This document shows positions 29,387 to 38,597 of a stretch of DNA of 64,000 bases, one piece after another. A program made the position numbers and the translations under genes. This stretch comes from Paracoccaceae bacterium (lineage in GTDB: Bacteria; Pseudomonadota; Alphaproteobacteria; Rhodobacterales; Rhodobacteraceae). The notes below the pieces were generated by a model. The model did not search any database and was not told where the DNA came from. It saw only the letters and a program-made list of their open reading frames with translations. The stretch lies in NCBI GenBank assembly GCA_026989355.1, contig JALSJM010000005.1, positions 344,717 to 408,716 on the forward strand, written 5' to 3'. Within the stretch, counting starts at the first letter, position 1. Each line of letters opens with the position of its first letter.

Positions 29387-29406
29387 GTTTACTCTCTTTC
29401 AGAGTG

Positions 29407-29423
29407 GTTAACAAGTTGTTAAC
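29407..29423. promoter_or_regulatory. perfect 17-bp palindrome GTTAACAA-G-TTGTTAAC upstream of the small ORF/luxR
   Basis: Read directly from the sequence. It is an 8-1-8 perfect dyad, 21 nt upstream of the ATG at 29386, in an AT-rich intergenic patch. Confidence 0.45.
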
Positions 29424-29593
29424 ACTACCTTGGCACGAGCAGCTTGCGGCAACATGTCCACGTTTTTCAACCCCCCTATATTGAGGGGAAGAACAAGCCA
29501 TAACCATTTGATTTCATTAACATGAAATGCCGGAAATCCACGGGTTGCCAACAAACCGTTCCCGATCCGGCAACAACGCTCGATCTGCTTCAC

Positions 29594-30874
29594 TCAGCCC
29601 TCGAGCACATCCTCGATGGTGCGCAATCCCGGACGCGGCGACTGAACCAGAACCGCCATGTTGCCGGGCTTGTGCTCGTTCCGCATCATCTTCATGTGCG
29701 CGGCCGGAATCTCTTCCCACGGGAACAGTTCGGACATGCAGGGGTCGAGCCGTCGTTCGATCATGAGACGATTTGCGGCACTGGCCTGTTTCAGATTTGC
29801 GAAATGGCTGCCCTGGATGCGCTTCTGGTGCATCCAGACATAGCGGGCGTCCATCGTCAGGTTATAGCCGGTCGTGCCGGCGCAGATCACCACCATGCCG
29901 CCCTTCTTCACCACGAAGGTGGACACGGGGAATGTGGCTTCGCCGGGATGCTCGAACACGATATCCACATTCACGCCCTTGCCGGTGATTTCCCAGATTG
30001 CCTTGCCGAACTTGCGCACCTCGGCAAACCAGGCCTTGTATTCGGGCGTGTTCACCCTGGGCAATTGCCCCCAGCAATCGAAATCCCGGCGGTTGATCAC
30101 CCCCCTTGCGCCAAGACTGATCACGAATTCACGCTTGGATTCATCCGAAATCACCCCGATCGCATTGGCCCCGGCCGTGTTGATCAACTGGATGGCATAA
30201 GAGCCCAGCCCCCCCGACGCCCCCCACACAAGCACGTTCTGCCCCGGTTTCAGCGTATGCGGACGATGGCCGAACAGCATTCGATAGGCGGTGGCCAGCG
30301 TCAGCGTGTAACAGGCGCTTTCTTCCCATGTCAGGTGGCGCGGCCGCTCCATCAGCTGCTGGGCCTGCACCCGGGTGAACTGGGCAAATGAGCCGTCGGG
30401 CGTTTCATAGCCCCAGATCCGCTGACTGGGGCTGAACATCGGATCGCCTCCGTTGCATTCCTCGTCGTCGCCGTCGTCCTGGTTGCAGTGGATCACCACC
30501 TCGTCGCCCACCTTCCAGCGCTTCACCTTGTCGCCCACCTTCCAGACGATCCCCGCCGCATCCGAACCGGCAATGTGATAAGGCGCACCGTGCACGTCGA
30601 ACGGCGAGATCGGCTTACCCAGACCGGCCCAGACCCCATTGTAATTCACCCCCGCGGCCATCACCATGACCAGCACCTCATGGCTGTCGATCTCGGGCAC
30701 CTCGACAATCTCTTCCAGCATGGATTTCTCGGGCGCGCCGTGGCGTTCGCGCCGGATCGCCCAGGCCCGCATCCTGGCAGGCACATGGCCAAGCGGCGGG
30801 ATTTCCCCGATATCGTAAAGATCCTTCGCAGGCGCCGCATGGTCGGCAAGGGTGGTATCGGCTTCGGGCGGCAT
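29594..30874 (-). CDS. ccr: crotonyl-CoA carboxylase/reductase
   Basis: 426 aa. It is nearly collinear with the Cereibacter sphaeroides Ccr sequence as remembered (KDLYDIGEIPPLGHVP...HCNQDDGDDEECNGGDPMFSPSQRIWGYETPDGSFAQF...NLKQASAANRLMIERRLDPCMSE). Confidence 0.95.
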   Translation of the reverse strand: MPPEADTTLADHAAPAKDLYDIGEIPPLGHVPARMRAWAIRRERHGAPEKSMLEEIVEVPEIDSHEVLVMVMAAGVNYNGVWAGLGKPISPFDVHGAPYHIAGSDAAGIVWKVGDKVKRWKVGDEVVIHCNQDDGDDEECNGGDPMFSPSQRIWGYETPDGSFAQFTRVQAQQLMERPRHLTWEESACYTLTLATAYRMLFGHRPHTLKPGQNVLVWGASGGLGSYAIQLINTAGANAIGVISDESKREFVISLGARGVINRRDFDCWGQLPRVNTPEYKAWFAEVRKFGKAIWEITGKGVNVDIVFEHPGEATFPVSTFVVKKGGMVVICAGTTGYNLTMDARYVWMHQKRIQGSHFANLKQASAANRLMIERRLDPCMSELFPWEEIPAAHMKMMRNEHKPGNMAVLVQSPRPGLRTIEDVLEG

Positions 30875-30966
30875 GGGCCTCTCCTCGGTTCATCCATTCT
30901 GCTGCACCGCAGAATAAACGCGGCTGCTTGCGCAGAAATAAGATTTGATGCGCAATTTTGCAACCT

Positions 30967-32445
30967 TCAAATCTTCTGTTTTGTAATTTTATGACCGCAG
31001 CGACCGGCCTTCCGCCCCGCATCGCCAGGGCAGCGGGCCACCAGATGGGCAATGGAGCGTGCGTAATATTCAAGAACCCGGCGCGCATCGGGATCGGAGG
31101 CCGGCCTGCACAGCATATCTTCCTGCACGATCAGACGACGTTGCGCCAGCAGGCGCAGCCCCTTGTCGGCTGCATATTCCAGGCTGTCGCGCGGCATGTG
31201 CACATGCGCACCGCACGCACGCAGACATTCGCCCAGATCCACCGCCCGGGCGGTGATCTGCGCGGCATCCAGCGGCGTTCCGGCGCGCAACATCACCGTA
31301 GCCACCAGCGGCACCGGCAGAACCGGCACAGCGCTGGCGATCCGCGCCATCAGTTCGCCGGCCAATGCCTCGGTGATTCCCGCGTCAGGGGGGGCATTGC
31401 CGGACACATTCCCAGCCTGTCTGCCCAGGAAGGCACGCAGGCTGAGCGGTGCGGCGAAACTCACCGCCGCATATCCGTAACGGCGGAACCGGCCCCTCAT
31501 CTTCAGCCACAACTGGCCGGCAACGAACCCCACCATGCGCCACTTGCCGAAGCGAAAGTGCCGCCCCCCATCTGCAGCAGCCGCCAGCAGCACCCGGTCT
31601 TCGAGCACGCGATCATAGTTCAGCGCCACAGGCACGAATACCACATCGCGCATGCTGTCGGAATCGAACCCCGATACCACATAATGCAGCAGCCCCAGCC
31701 GGGGCGGGCGCAGGGCACCGTCAAGGCTGAGCCCCCCTTCGGGGAAGATCGCCTGTGTCGTGCCTCCGGCCGTGGCCATCTGCACATAACGCGCCAGCAC
31801 CCGGCGATAAAGCGGGTTGCGCGATTTGCGGCGAATGAAATAGGCCCCCATGGCGCGGATCAGCTGACGCAACGGCCACACCCGCGCCCATTCGCCCACC
31901 GCATAGGAAAGCGCCGCACGGTCCGCGACCAGAAAGGTAACCAGAACGTAATCCATGTTCGAACGGTGGTTCATCACGAAGACCACCGTTGCATCGGGAT
32001 CGATCGCCTCAAGACGCTCACGATCGAAATGGCCCAGGCGCACCCGGTAAAGCTGCCGGCTGAGCCAGCTTGCCGCACGGGTGGCAAAGCCGAAATAGGC
32101 AGCGGTTGAAAAGCGCGGCACGATCTCGCGGGCATAGGCACGGGCGCGCTCGAAGGCCACGTTTTCGGGGATGCCCTCATCGCGCGCGGTGGCGGCAATG
32201 GCCTCGGCCACCTTCGGATCATAAACCAGCCTCTGGATCATGTCATGGCGCCGTGCCAGCCTGAAGGGCTCGATCGGCCGGGTCAGACGCCTGTTCAGCC
32301 GCGCCACCGCCCGTTCCATCCGACGGCGAAAGAACCAGCGCACCGAGGGCGCCAGAACCCTGTCAAGCGCGGCAACGGCCGCAAGGCCAAGGATCAGCAG
32401 CAGCGCCCAGAGCGGCATTTCCACCGTGCTTGTCATGAAGATCAC
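30967..32445 (-). CDS. glycerol-3-phosphate/lysophospholipid acyltransferase family protein
   Basis: 492 aa. It has an N-terminal TM segment, the HX4D acyltransferase motif (NHRSNMDYV) and the FPEGGLS block. It resembles the catalytic core of PlsB-type enzymes. Confidence 0.75.
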   Translation of the reverse strand: MIFMTSTVEMPLWALLLILGLAAVAALDRVLAPSVRWFFRRRMERAVARLNRRLTRPIEPFRLARRHDMIQRLVYDPKVAEAIAATARDEGIPENVAFERARAYAREIVPRFSTAAYFGFATRAASWLSRQLYRVRLGHFDRERLEAIDPDATVVFVMNHRSNMDYVLVTFLVADRAALSYAVGEWARVWPLRQLIRAMGAYFIRRKSRNPLYRRVLARYVQMATAGGTTQAIFPEGGLSLDGALRPPRLGLLHYVVSGFDSDSMRDVVFVPVALNYDRVLEDRVLLAAAADGGRHFRFGKWRMVGFVAGQLWLKMRGRFRRYGYAAVSFAAPLSLRAFLGRQAGNVSGNAPPDAGITEALAGELMARIASAVPVLPVPLVATVMLRAGTPLDAAQITARAVDLGECLRACGAHVHMPRDSLEYAADKGLRLLAQRRLIVQEDMLCRPASDPDARRVLEYYARSIAHLVARCPGDAGRKAGRCGHKITKQKI

Positions 32446-32575
32446 TTTCCCTGAAAACCAGGAGGCGGTCCAGCAAAAGCCGGCGCAACAATGTTCCGGT
32501 CATTTTACAGGTTGCGAAATTATCTTTCATTTGCAATCATGCTGCGGTGCAACATGATCAATCGGGAAGGCCGCG

Positions 32576-34540
32576 ATGACACCCCCCCGGAAAGACCGCC
32601 CCTGGCTGTTTCGCACCTATGCCGGCCATTCCACGGCCGAAGCCTCGAACGCGCTTTACCGCGCCAATCTTGCCCGCGGCCAGACCGGCCTTTCGGTGGC
32701 CTTCGACCTGCCCACCCAGACCGGATACGACAGCGATCACGAACTGGCGCGCGGCGAGGTGGGCAAGGTGGGCGTGCCCGTCTGCCATCTGGGCGACATG
32801 CGCATGCTGTTCCGGGGCATTCCTCTGGAACAGATGAACACCAGCATGACGATCAACGCCACCGCACCCTGGATTCTGGCGCTTTATATCGCCGTGGCCC
32901 AGGAACAGGGCGCATCCCTTGCCGCTCTTCAGGGCACGGTGCAGAACGACATCATCAAGGAATATCTTTCGCGCGGCACCTATATCTGCCCGCCCGAACC
33001 CTCATTGCGCCTGACCACCGATGTGGCTGCCTTCACCCGGGCGGAAATGCCGAAGTGGAATCCGATGAACGTGTGTTCCTATCACCTGCAGGAAGCCGGC
33101 GCGCGCCCCGAACAGGAACTGGCCTATGCGCTGGCCACCGCCATTGCCGTGCTCGACGCTCTGCGTGCCAAGGTTCCGGCGACCGGTTTCCCGGCGATGG
33201 TCGGGCGGATCAGCTTCTTCGTGAATGCCGGCATCCGGTTTGTCACCGAAATGTGCAAGATGCGCGCCTTCGCCGATCTGTGGGACGAGATCACACGACA
33301 GCGGTATGGCGTGAAGGATCCGAAGCTCCGCCGTTTCCGCTATGGCGTGCAGGTCAATTCCCTCGGGCTTACCGAACAGCAGCCGGAAAACAACGTCTGT
33401 CGCATCCTTCTGGAAATGCTGGCGGTCACGCTTTCGAAAAGCGCCCGCGCCCGCGCCGTGCAGTTGCCCGCCTGGAACGAAGCCCTCGGCCTGCCGCGGC
33501 CGTGGGATCAGCAATGGTCGCTCAGGATGCAGCAGATCCTGGCCTATGAAACCGACCTTCTGGAATATGATGACCTGTTCGAGGGCAACCCGGCCGTTGC
33601 GCGCAAGGTGGCCGAACTGAAAGATGCCGCACGCGCCGAGCTTGACCTGATCGAGGGCATGGGCGGCGCCGTGAGAGCCATCGAATACATGAAATCCCGG
33701 CTGGTAGAGGCCAACGCCGAACGTATCGCGGCCATCGAGTCGGGCGAAACCGTGGTGGTGGGCGTCAACCGCTGGACCGAGGGCGCCCCCTCGCCGCTTA
33801 TTGCCAGTGACGACGCGATCATGAAGGTGGATCCGGCGGCCGAGGCCGAACAGATCGCCCGCCTTGCAGCCTGGCGGAACGAACGCGATGAAGCCGCCGT
33901 AAAGGCGGCGCTGAACGCCCTGCGCCGGGCCGCGGCGGAAGGCTCCAACATCATGCCCCCCTCGATCGAAGCAGCAGGGGCGGGCGTCACCACCGGCGAA
34001 TGGGGCGATGTGATGCGCGCCGTATTCGGACAGTATCGCGCCCCCACCGGCGTTTCGGCCAGTTCCGGCAACCGCACCGAAGGGCTTGACGAAATCCGCG
34101 CCGCCGTCGATGCGGTATCCGACCGCCTGGGGCGGCGGCTGAAGCTTCTGGTCGGCAAACCCGGCCTTGACGGTCATTCGAACGGCGCCGAGCAGATCGC
34201 GGCACGGGCCCGCGATTGCGGCATGGAGATTTCCTATGACGGCATCCGCCTTACCCCGGCCGAAATCGTTGCGGCGGCAGAACGGGAAGAGCCGCATGTG
34301 ATCGGTGTCTCGATCCTGTCCGGTAGCCATATACCGCTTCTGGAAGAACTGACGGAAAGGCTTTGCGCAGCCGGCCTGCGCCATATCCCTGTGGTAGCCG
34401 GGGGAATCATCCCCCCCGAAGATGTCGGGCGTCTGCAGACCATCGGGGTCGCACGCATCTATACGCCGAAGGATTTCGATCTGAACCGCATCATGTCGGA
34501 TATCGTTGCCCTCGCCGATCCACGGGGCACCGCAGCCTGA
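32576..34540 (+). CDS. ecm: ethylmalonyl-CoA mutase (MeaA; B12-dependent)
   Basis: 654 aa. PWLFRTYAGHSTA...LSVAFDLPTQTGYDSDH is a mutase TIM-barrel domain. A C-terminal B12-binding domain follows (GLDGHSNGAEQIA). Confidence 0.9.
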   Translation: MTPPRKDRPWLFRTYAGHSTAEASNALYRANLARGQTGLSVAFDLPTQTGYDSDHELARGEVGKVGVPVCHLGDMRMLFRGIPLEQMNTSMTINATAPWILALYIAVAQEQGASLAALQGTVQNDIIKEYLSRGTYICPPEPSLRLTTDVAAFTRAEMPKWNPMNVCSYHLQEAGARPEQELAYALATAIAVLDALRAKVPATGFPAMVGRISFFVNAGIRFVTEMCKMRAFADLWDEITRQRYGVKDPKLRRFRYGVQVNSLGLTEQQPENNVCRILLEMLAVTLSKSARARAVQLPAWNEALGLPRPWDQQWSLRMQQILAYETDLLEYDDLFEGNPAVARKVAELKDAARAELDLIEGMGGAVRAIEYMKSRLVEANAERIAAIESGETVVVGVNRWTEGAPSPLIASDDAIMKVDPAAEAEQIARLAAWRNERDEAAVKAALNALRRAAAEGSNIMPPSIEAAGAGVTTGEWGDVMRAVFGQYRAPTGVSASSGNRTEGLDEIRAAVDAVSDRLGRRLKLLVGKPGLDGHSNGAEQIAARARDCGMEISYDGIRLTPAEIVAAAEREEPHVIGVSILSGSHIPLLEELTERLCAAGLRHIPVVAGGIIPPEDVGRLQTIGVARIYTPKDFDLNRIMSDIVALADPRGTAA

Positions 34541-34993
34541 ACCGGTCGGACGGCGAAGCCCTTGCCGATGCAGGCAGGACAGAATGCGTGGGATGATCCG
34601 CGAATCCGGCGGATTTCCGGCCGGGCGAAGGGCATGACATGAGCAGAGGAGCCACCCGCCCGAGGTTTCCCGGGATTGCCGAATCACCGGATGAGCAGGC
34701 ACTTCCCCCCCTCCCGCCATCGGCCGGTTTTCGCGAAACTTACGCATCCCGAACGGCAATTTTCCGCCGCCGCAAGCCTCGTGCCGGACAGCGCCCGCAA
34801 GCCGGCAGAAGTCCGCGTATTTCACAAGTCATAACAACGTAATCCCAGGATTATGCCCCGGCCCATAACCCGTTACCCGATAGAGCGATGCTGCCGCATC
34901 TCCTAGCTGTTGTTTCCGTCGGCCACTGGTCCGCCCCGAACGGAGCGGCACCGATGGCACCGGACATGAATGAAGAAGGTAAGGAGATACGAA

Positions 34994-35251
34994 ATGAAGA
35001 AACCGATGATCGCTGTCCTGTTCGCCGTTCTTGCAGGCCCCGCCCTGGCCGGGCCTTCCTGCACCCCCGCCGAACAGAACACCCCTGCCTGGCAGATCGT
35101 GAAGGGCTTCGAGGAGCAGGGCGGCGAGGTGATCAAGTTCAAGGTCAGCAGCGGCAAATGCTACGAAATCTACGGCAGGGTCGAAGGAAAGAAGGTTGAA
35201 ATCTACTACGATCCGGCCACCGGCAAGGAGCTTGAGCGCAACGAGTCCTGA
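34994..35251 (+). CDS. PepSY domain-containing small periplasmic protein
   Basis: The start is placed at ATG 34994 after GGTAAGGAG. It has a signal peptide (MKKPMIAVLFAVLAGPALA) and a compact beta-rich domain ending ...CYEIYGRVEGKKVEIYYDPATGKEL. Confidence 0.65.
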   Translation: MKKPMIAVLFAVLAGPALAGPSCTPAEQNTPAWQIVKGFEEQGGEVIKFKVSSGKCYEIYGRVEGKKVEIYYDPATGKELERNES

Positions 35252-35290
35252 TCCACCACCACTCACCCCGGCAAGAAGGAGGCGCATGCC

Positions 35291-35869
35291 ATGACACTCA
35301 TGCACGACGATTTCACCACGCGGCCGTCAACGGCGCCGCGAAAGACAAGAGTATGGGATATCGGTGTGCGCCTCTTTCACTGGTTGCTCGTGACCGGGGT
35401 TCTCGGGGCCTATATCTTCGAATCCCCCCGCTGGCTGCATCTGTGGCTTGGCTACGGGGTGGCGGGGCTGATCGCCTTTCGCCTGGTCTGGGGCTTCATC
35501 GGCCCCCGCCACGCACGATTCACCGATTTCGTGCCGGGGCCGCACCGCCTGATCACCTATCTGCGCGACATGGCTGCGGGCCGTGAACGGCGTTACCTGG
35601 GCCACAATCCCGCAGGCGGCGCAATGGTGATGGCCCTGCTGATCACCCTTATCGCCATCTCCGTTTCCGGCTACATGATGGGAATGGACGCCTATTTCGG
35701 CGTCGAATGGGTTGAAGACCTGCATGAAGCGCTTGTCAATTTCCTGCTTCTGCTGGTTGCCCTGCATCTGGGCGGGGTTGCGCTTGCAAGCTGGCGGCAC
35801 AGGGAAAACCTTGTCGTGGCGATGATTACCGGAGAGAAGGATATCGATGAAGAAACAGCCCATGAGTGA
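35291..35869 (+). CDS. cytochrome b561-type / Ni-Fe hydrogenase b-type cytochrome family membrane protein
   Basis: 192 aa with four TM helices. It carries conserved His residues (RLFHWLLV ... GHNPAGG ... LHEALVNF ... LHLGG). Confidence 0.8.
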   Translation: MTLMHDDFTTRPSTAPRKTRVWDIGVRLFHWLLVTGVLGAYIFESPRWLHLWLGYGVAGLIAFRLVWGFIGPRHARFTDFVPGPHRLITYLRDMAAGRERRYLGHNPAGGAMVMALLITLIAISVSGYMMGMDAYFGVEWVEDLHEALVNFLLLLVALHLGGVALASWRHRENLVVAMITGEKDIDEETAHE

Positions 35870-36437
35870 GTCAAAGGATGCGCAGCTGCACCGCCGGCTG
35901 TTCCTGCTTGCTGCCTTTCTGCAACTGGGTTGCGCCGCGATCTTTTTCGGGGATGTGGTTCAGGATATCCGCGAACTTTCCGCCCTGACCTGGTCCGCCC
36001 ACACCTGGCTCGAGGTCGCCGGGGTGTTCGCGCTTGGCTTTGGCGCCGGGCTCAGCCTCTGGGAATACCGCCGCCTGCTCAGGCGCAACACGCAGGTCGA
36101 ACTGGCCCTTGGCACTGCAAGCGGCGCCTTCCAGCAGACCATCGAATACCACTTTGACCAATGGGGGCTGAGCCCCGCCGAGCGCGATGTGGCCCTGCTT
36201 TCGGTCAAGGGCGCCACGATTCCCGAAATTGCCCGGATGCGCAGCACCTGCGAAGGCACCGTCAAGGCACAGAATGCCGCGATCTATCGCAAGGCCGGCG
36301 TTTCAAGCCGGGCCGAACTCATCACCGTGCTGATCGGCGGGCTGATCGAGGGGGTTGATATCACGGGCCAGAAGAAGAACATGTCCGACCCTTCCGACAG
36401 CTCTCTGACCGTTCCCCTGAATCCACCCCCGCCCTGA
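35847..36437 (+). CDS. membrane-anchored LuxR-type (GerE) HTH transcriptional regulator
   Basis: 196 aa. Two predicted TM helices are followed by LSPAERDVALLSVKGATIPEIARMRSTCEGTVKAQNAAIYRKAGVSSRAELI. The gene overlaps the end of the cytochrome b gene (alternative start at ATG 35862). Confidence 0.75.
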   Translation: MKKQPMSESKDAQLHRRLFLLAAFLQLGCAAIFFGDVVQDIRELSALTWSAHTWLEVAGVFALGFGAGLSLWEYRRLLRRNTQVELALGTASGAFQQTIEYHFDQWGLSPAERDVALLSVKGATIPEIARMRSTCEGTVKAQNAAIYRKAGVSSRAELITVLIGGLIEGVDITGQKKNMSDPSDSSLTVPLNPPPP

Positions 36438-36500
36438 TCCCCTTGCACCGCCCGGCAAAACCCGCTTACCTCTGCCAGACTGAGGAAAAGGGAGGGGCAG

Positions 36501-37211
36501 ATGACCATACACATCGGGGCCAGAGCCGGCGATATTGCCGAAACCGTTCTGATGCCGGGCGATCCGCTGCGCGCCAGATGGGCCGCGCAAACCTTTCTTG
36601 AGGGGGCGAAATGCGTGAACGAAGTGCGCGGCATGCTGGGCTTTACCGGCACCTGGAAAGGCAATCCCGTCACCATCCAGGGTTCGGGGATGGGCATGCC
36701 CAGCCTTTCGATCTATGCCAATGAACTGATGAGCGAATACGGCGCGCAGACGCTGATCCGCATCGGCTCGTGCGGTGGCATGCAGCCGCATGTGCAGATC
36801 CGCGATGTGATCATCGCCATGACGGCAAGCTCGCTTTCCACCCCCTCGCACGGGGTCTTCCGCGAGCTCAATTTCGCACCCTGCGCCGATTACGACCTTC
36901 TCGAAGCCGCAGTGCAGGCGGCCCGGCGCAAGGATGTGCGCCATCACGTGGGCGGCATCTATTCCTCTGATGTCTTCTATGACGAACGCCCCGATCTGAA
37001 CGAAATGATGGTCCGCCACGGTATCCTGGGTGTCGAGATGGAAGCGGCCGAGCTTTACAATCTTGCCGCCCGCCACAAGCGCCGCGCGCTGGCGGTACTG
37101 ACCGTTTCCGACCACCTTCAGACGGGCGAGGCACTGCCCGCACGCGAACGCGAACAGAGCTTTGGCGAAATGGTGGAAATCGCACTTGAAGCCGCCTTTG
37201 CCGGAACCTGA
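36501..37211 (+). CDS. deoD: purine-nucleoside phosphorylase (DeoD type)
   Basis: 236 aa. MPGDPLRA...[25 protein letters not shown]...IRIGSCG...VEMEAA. Confidence 0.9.
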   Translation: MTIHIGARAGDIAETVLMPGDPLRARWAAQTFLEGAKCVNEVRGMLGFTGTWKGNPVTIQGSGMGMPSLSIYANELMSEYGAQTLIRIGSCGGMQPHVQIRDVIIAMTASSLSTPSHGVFRELNFAPCADYDLLEAAVQAARRKDVRHHVGGIYSSDVFYDERPDLNEMMVRHGILGVEMEAAELYNLAARHKRRALAVLTVSDHLQTGEALPAREREQSFGEMVEIALEAAFAGT

Positions 37212-37235
37212 GCCGGAGCGCACAGGAGATCAGCC

Positions 37236-38558
37236 ATGCCCCACCTTGCCCGCCGCGCCTGGGTGCCGGCCGATGCCGAATCCCTGGTGCAGATGATCGC
37301 CGCCGAAACCGCGGAGCAGAGCAGCGATGCGCTTGCCGCCAGGATCAGCGATCTGATCGCCGCAAACCACCGTATTCACGAGCACGACTGCTTCAACCTG
37401 AACCCCGCCACCAATGTGATGAATCCGGCCGCCGAAGCGGCACTGGCGGCAGGCCTGGGCACACGGCCGTCGCTGGGTTATCCGGGCGACAAGTATGAAA
37501 CCGGACTGGAGGCCATCGAACGAATCGAGATCATCGCCGCCGAACTTGCCGCCGGAACCTTTGCTGCCAGCCATGCCGAGATCCGCGTGCCTTCGGGAAC
37601 GATCGCCAATCTTCATGCCTTCATGGCTCTGGCCGGGCCAGGCGATGCGATCATTTCTCCTCCGGCCGAAATCGGCGGTCATGTTTCCCATCACGCCGCC
37701 GGCTGTGCCGGGCTTTACGGGCTGCAAAGCCACTCCGCCCCCGTCAATGCCGATGACTATACGGTTGATACCGCAGCGCTGCGCGCCCTGGCCCGCGAAA
37801 TCCGCCCCCGGATCATTACCATCGGCGGTTCGCTCAACCTCTTTCCGCATCCGGTGGCGGAACTGCGCGAGATCGCCGATGACGTGGGGGCATATCTGCT
37901 GTTCGACGCCGCTCATCAGTGCGGCATCATCGCCGGCGGCGCCTGGGAAAACCCCCTCGTGGCCGGAGCCCATGTGATGACCATGAGCACCTACAAAAGC
38001 CTGGGAGGCCCCCCCTCGGGGCTGATCCTTACCAATGACGCCGCGATCGCCGAACGCCTTGAGCGGATCGCCTTCCCGGGCCTTGCCGCCAATTTCGACA
38101 CCTCGAAACCGGCAGCGCTGGCGCTTTCGCTGCTTGATTGGCGCGAATACGGACAGGCCTGTGCGAAACGGATGATCGCCACGGCACGGGCTCTGGCCGG
38201 GGCCCTTGCCGCCGAAGGCCTGCCGGTGTTTGCCGCCGCGCGCGGTTTCACGCAGTCGCATCAGTTCGCGCTTGAGGCCGCACCTTTCGGCGGCGGCCAG
38301 CGGGCGGCGAAACGGCTTCGCCGTGCGGGCTTTCTGGCTTCTGGTATCGGCCTGCCGCTGCCCACCGTTCAGAACGACATGAACGGCCTGCGTATCGGCA
38401 CCCCCGAACTGGTGCGCCGGGGGTTCACGGAAGAGCACGCACCGCGCATGGCCCGTCTGATCGCCCGTGCACTGACAGAAGGCGCCCCCGAAGCGCTGGC
38501 TCCCGAGGTGTCGAAATGGCGGCGAAGCTTCAACCGCCTGCACTATATCCGAACCTGA
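37236..38558 (+). CDS. serine hydroxymethyltransferase-family PLP enzyme
   Basis: 440 aa. NLNPATNVMNP...LGYPGDKYETG...SGTIANL...TMSTYKSLGGPPSG is an SHMT fold with a PLP-Lys context. It is not the housekeeping GlyA pattern, so the substrate is unknown. Confidence 0.7.
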   Translation: MPHLARRAWVPADAESLVQMIAAETAEQSSDALAARISDLIAANHRIHEHDCFNLNPATNVMNPAAEAALAAGLGTRPSLGYPGDKYETGLEAIERIEIIAAELAAGTFAASHAEIRVPSGTIANLHAFMALAGPGDAIISPPAEIGGHVSHHAAGCAGLYGLQSHSAPVNADDYTVDTAALRALAREIRPRIITIGGSLNLFPHPVAELREIADDVGAYLLFDAAHQCGIIAGGAWENPLVAGAHVMTMSTYKSLGGPPSGLILTNDAAIAERLERIAFPGLAANFDTSKPAALALSLLDWREYGQACAKRMIATARALAGALAAEGLPVFAAARGFTQSHQFALEAAPFGGGQRAAKRLRRAGFLASGIGLPLPTVQNDMNGLRIGTPELVRRGFTEEHAPRMARLIARALTEGAPEALAPEVSKWRRSFNRLHYIRT

Positions 38559-38597
38559 CCCCGTCCCCGAAGGCTGCTCCGGAGAAGAAAGCAGACC

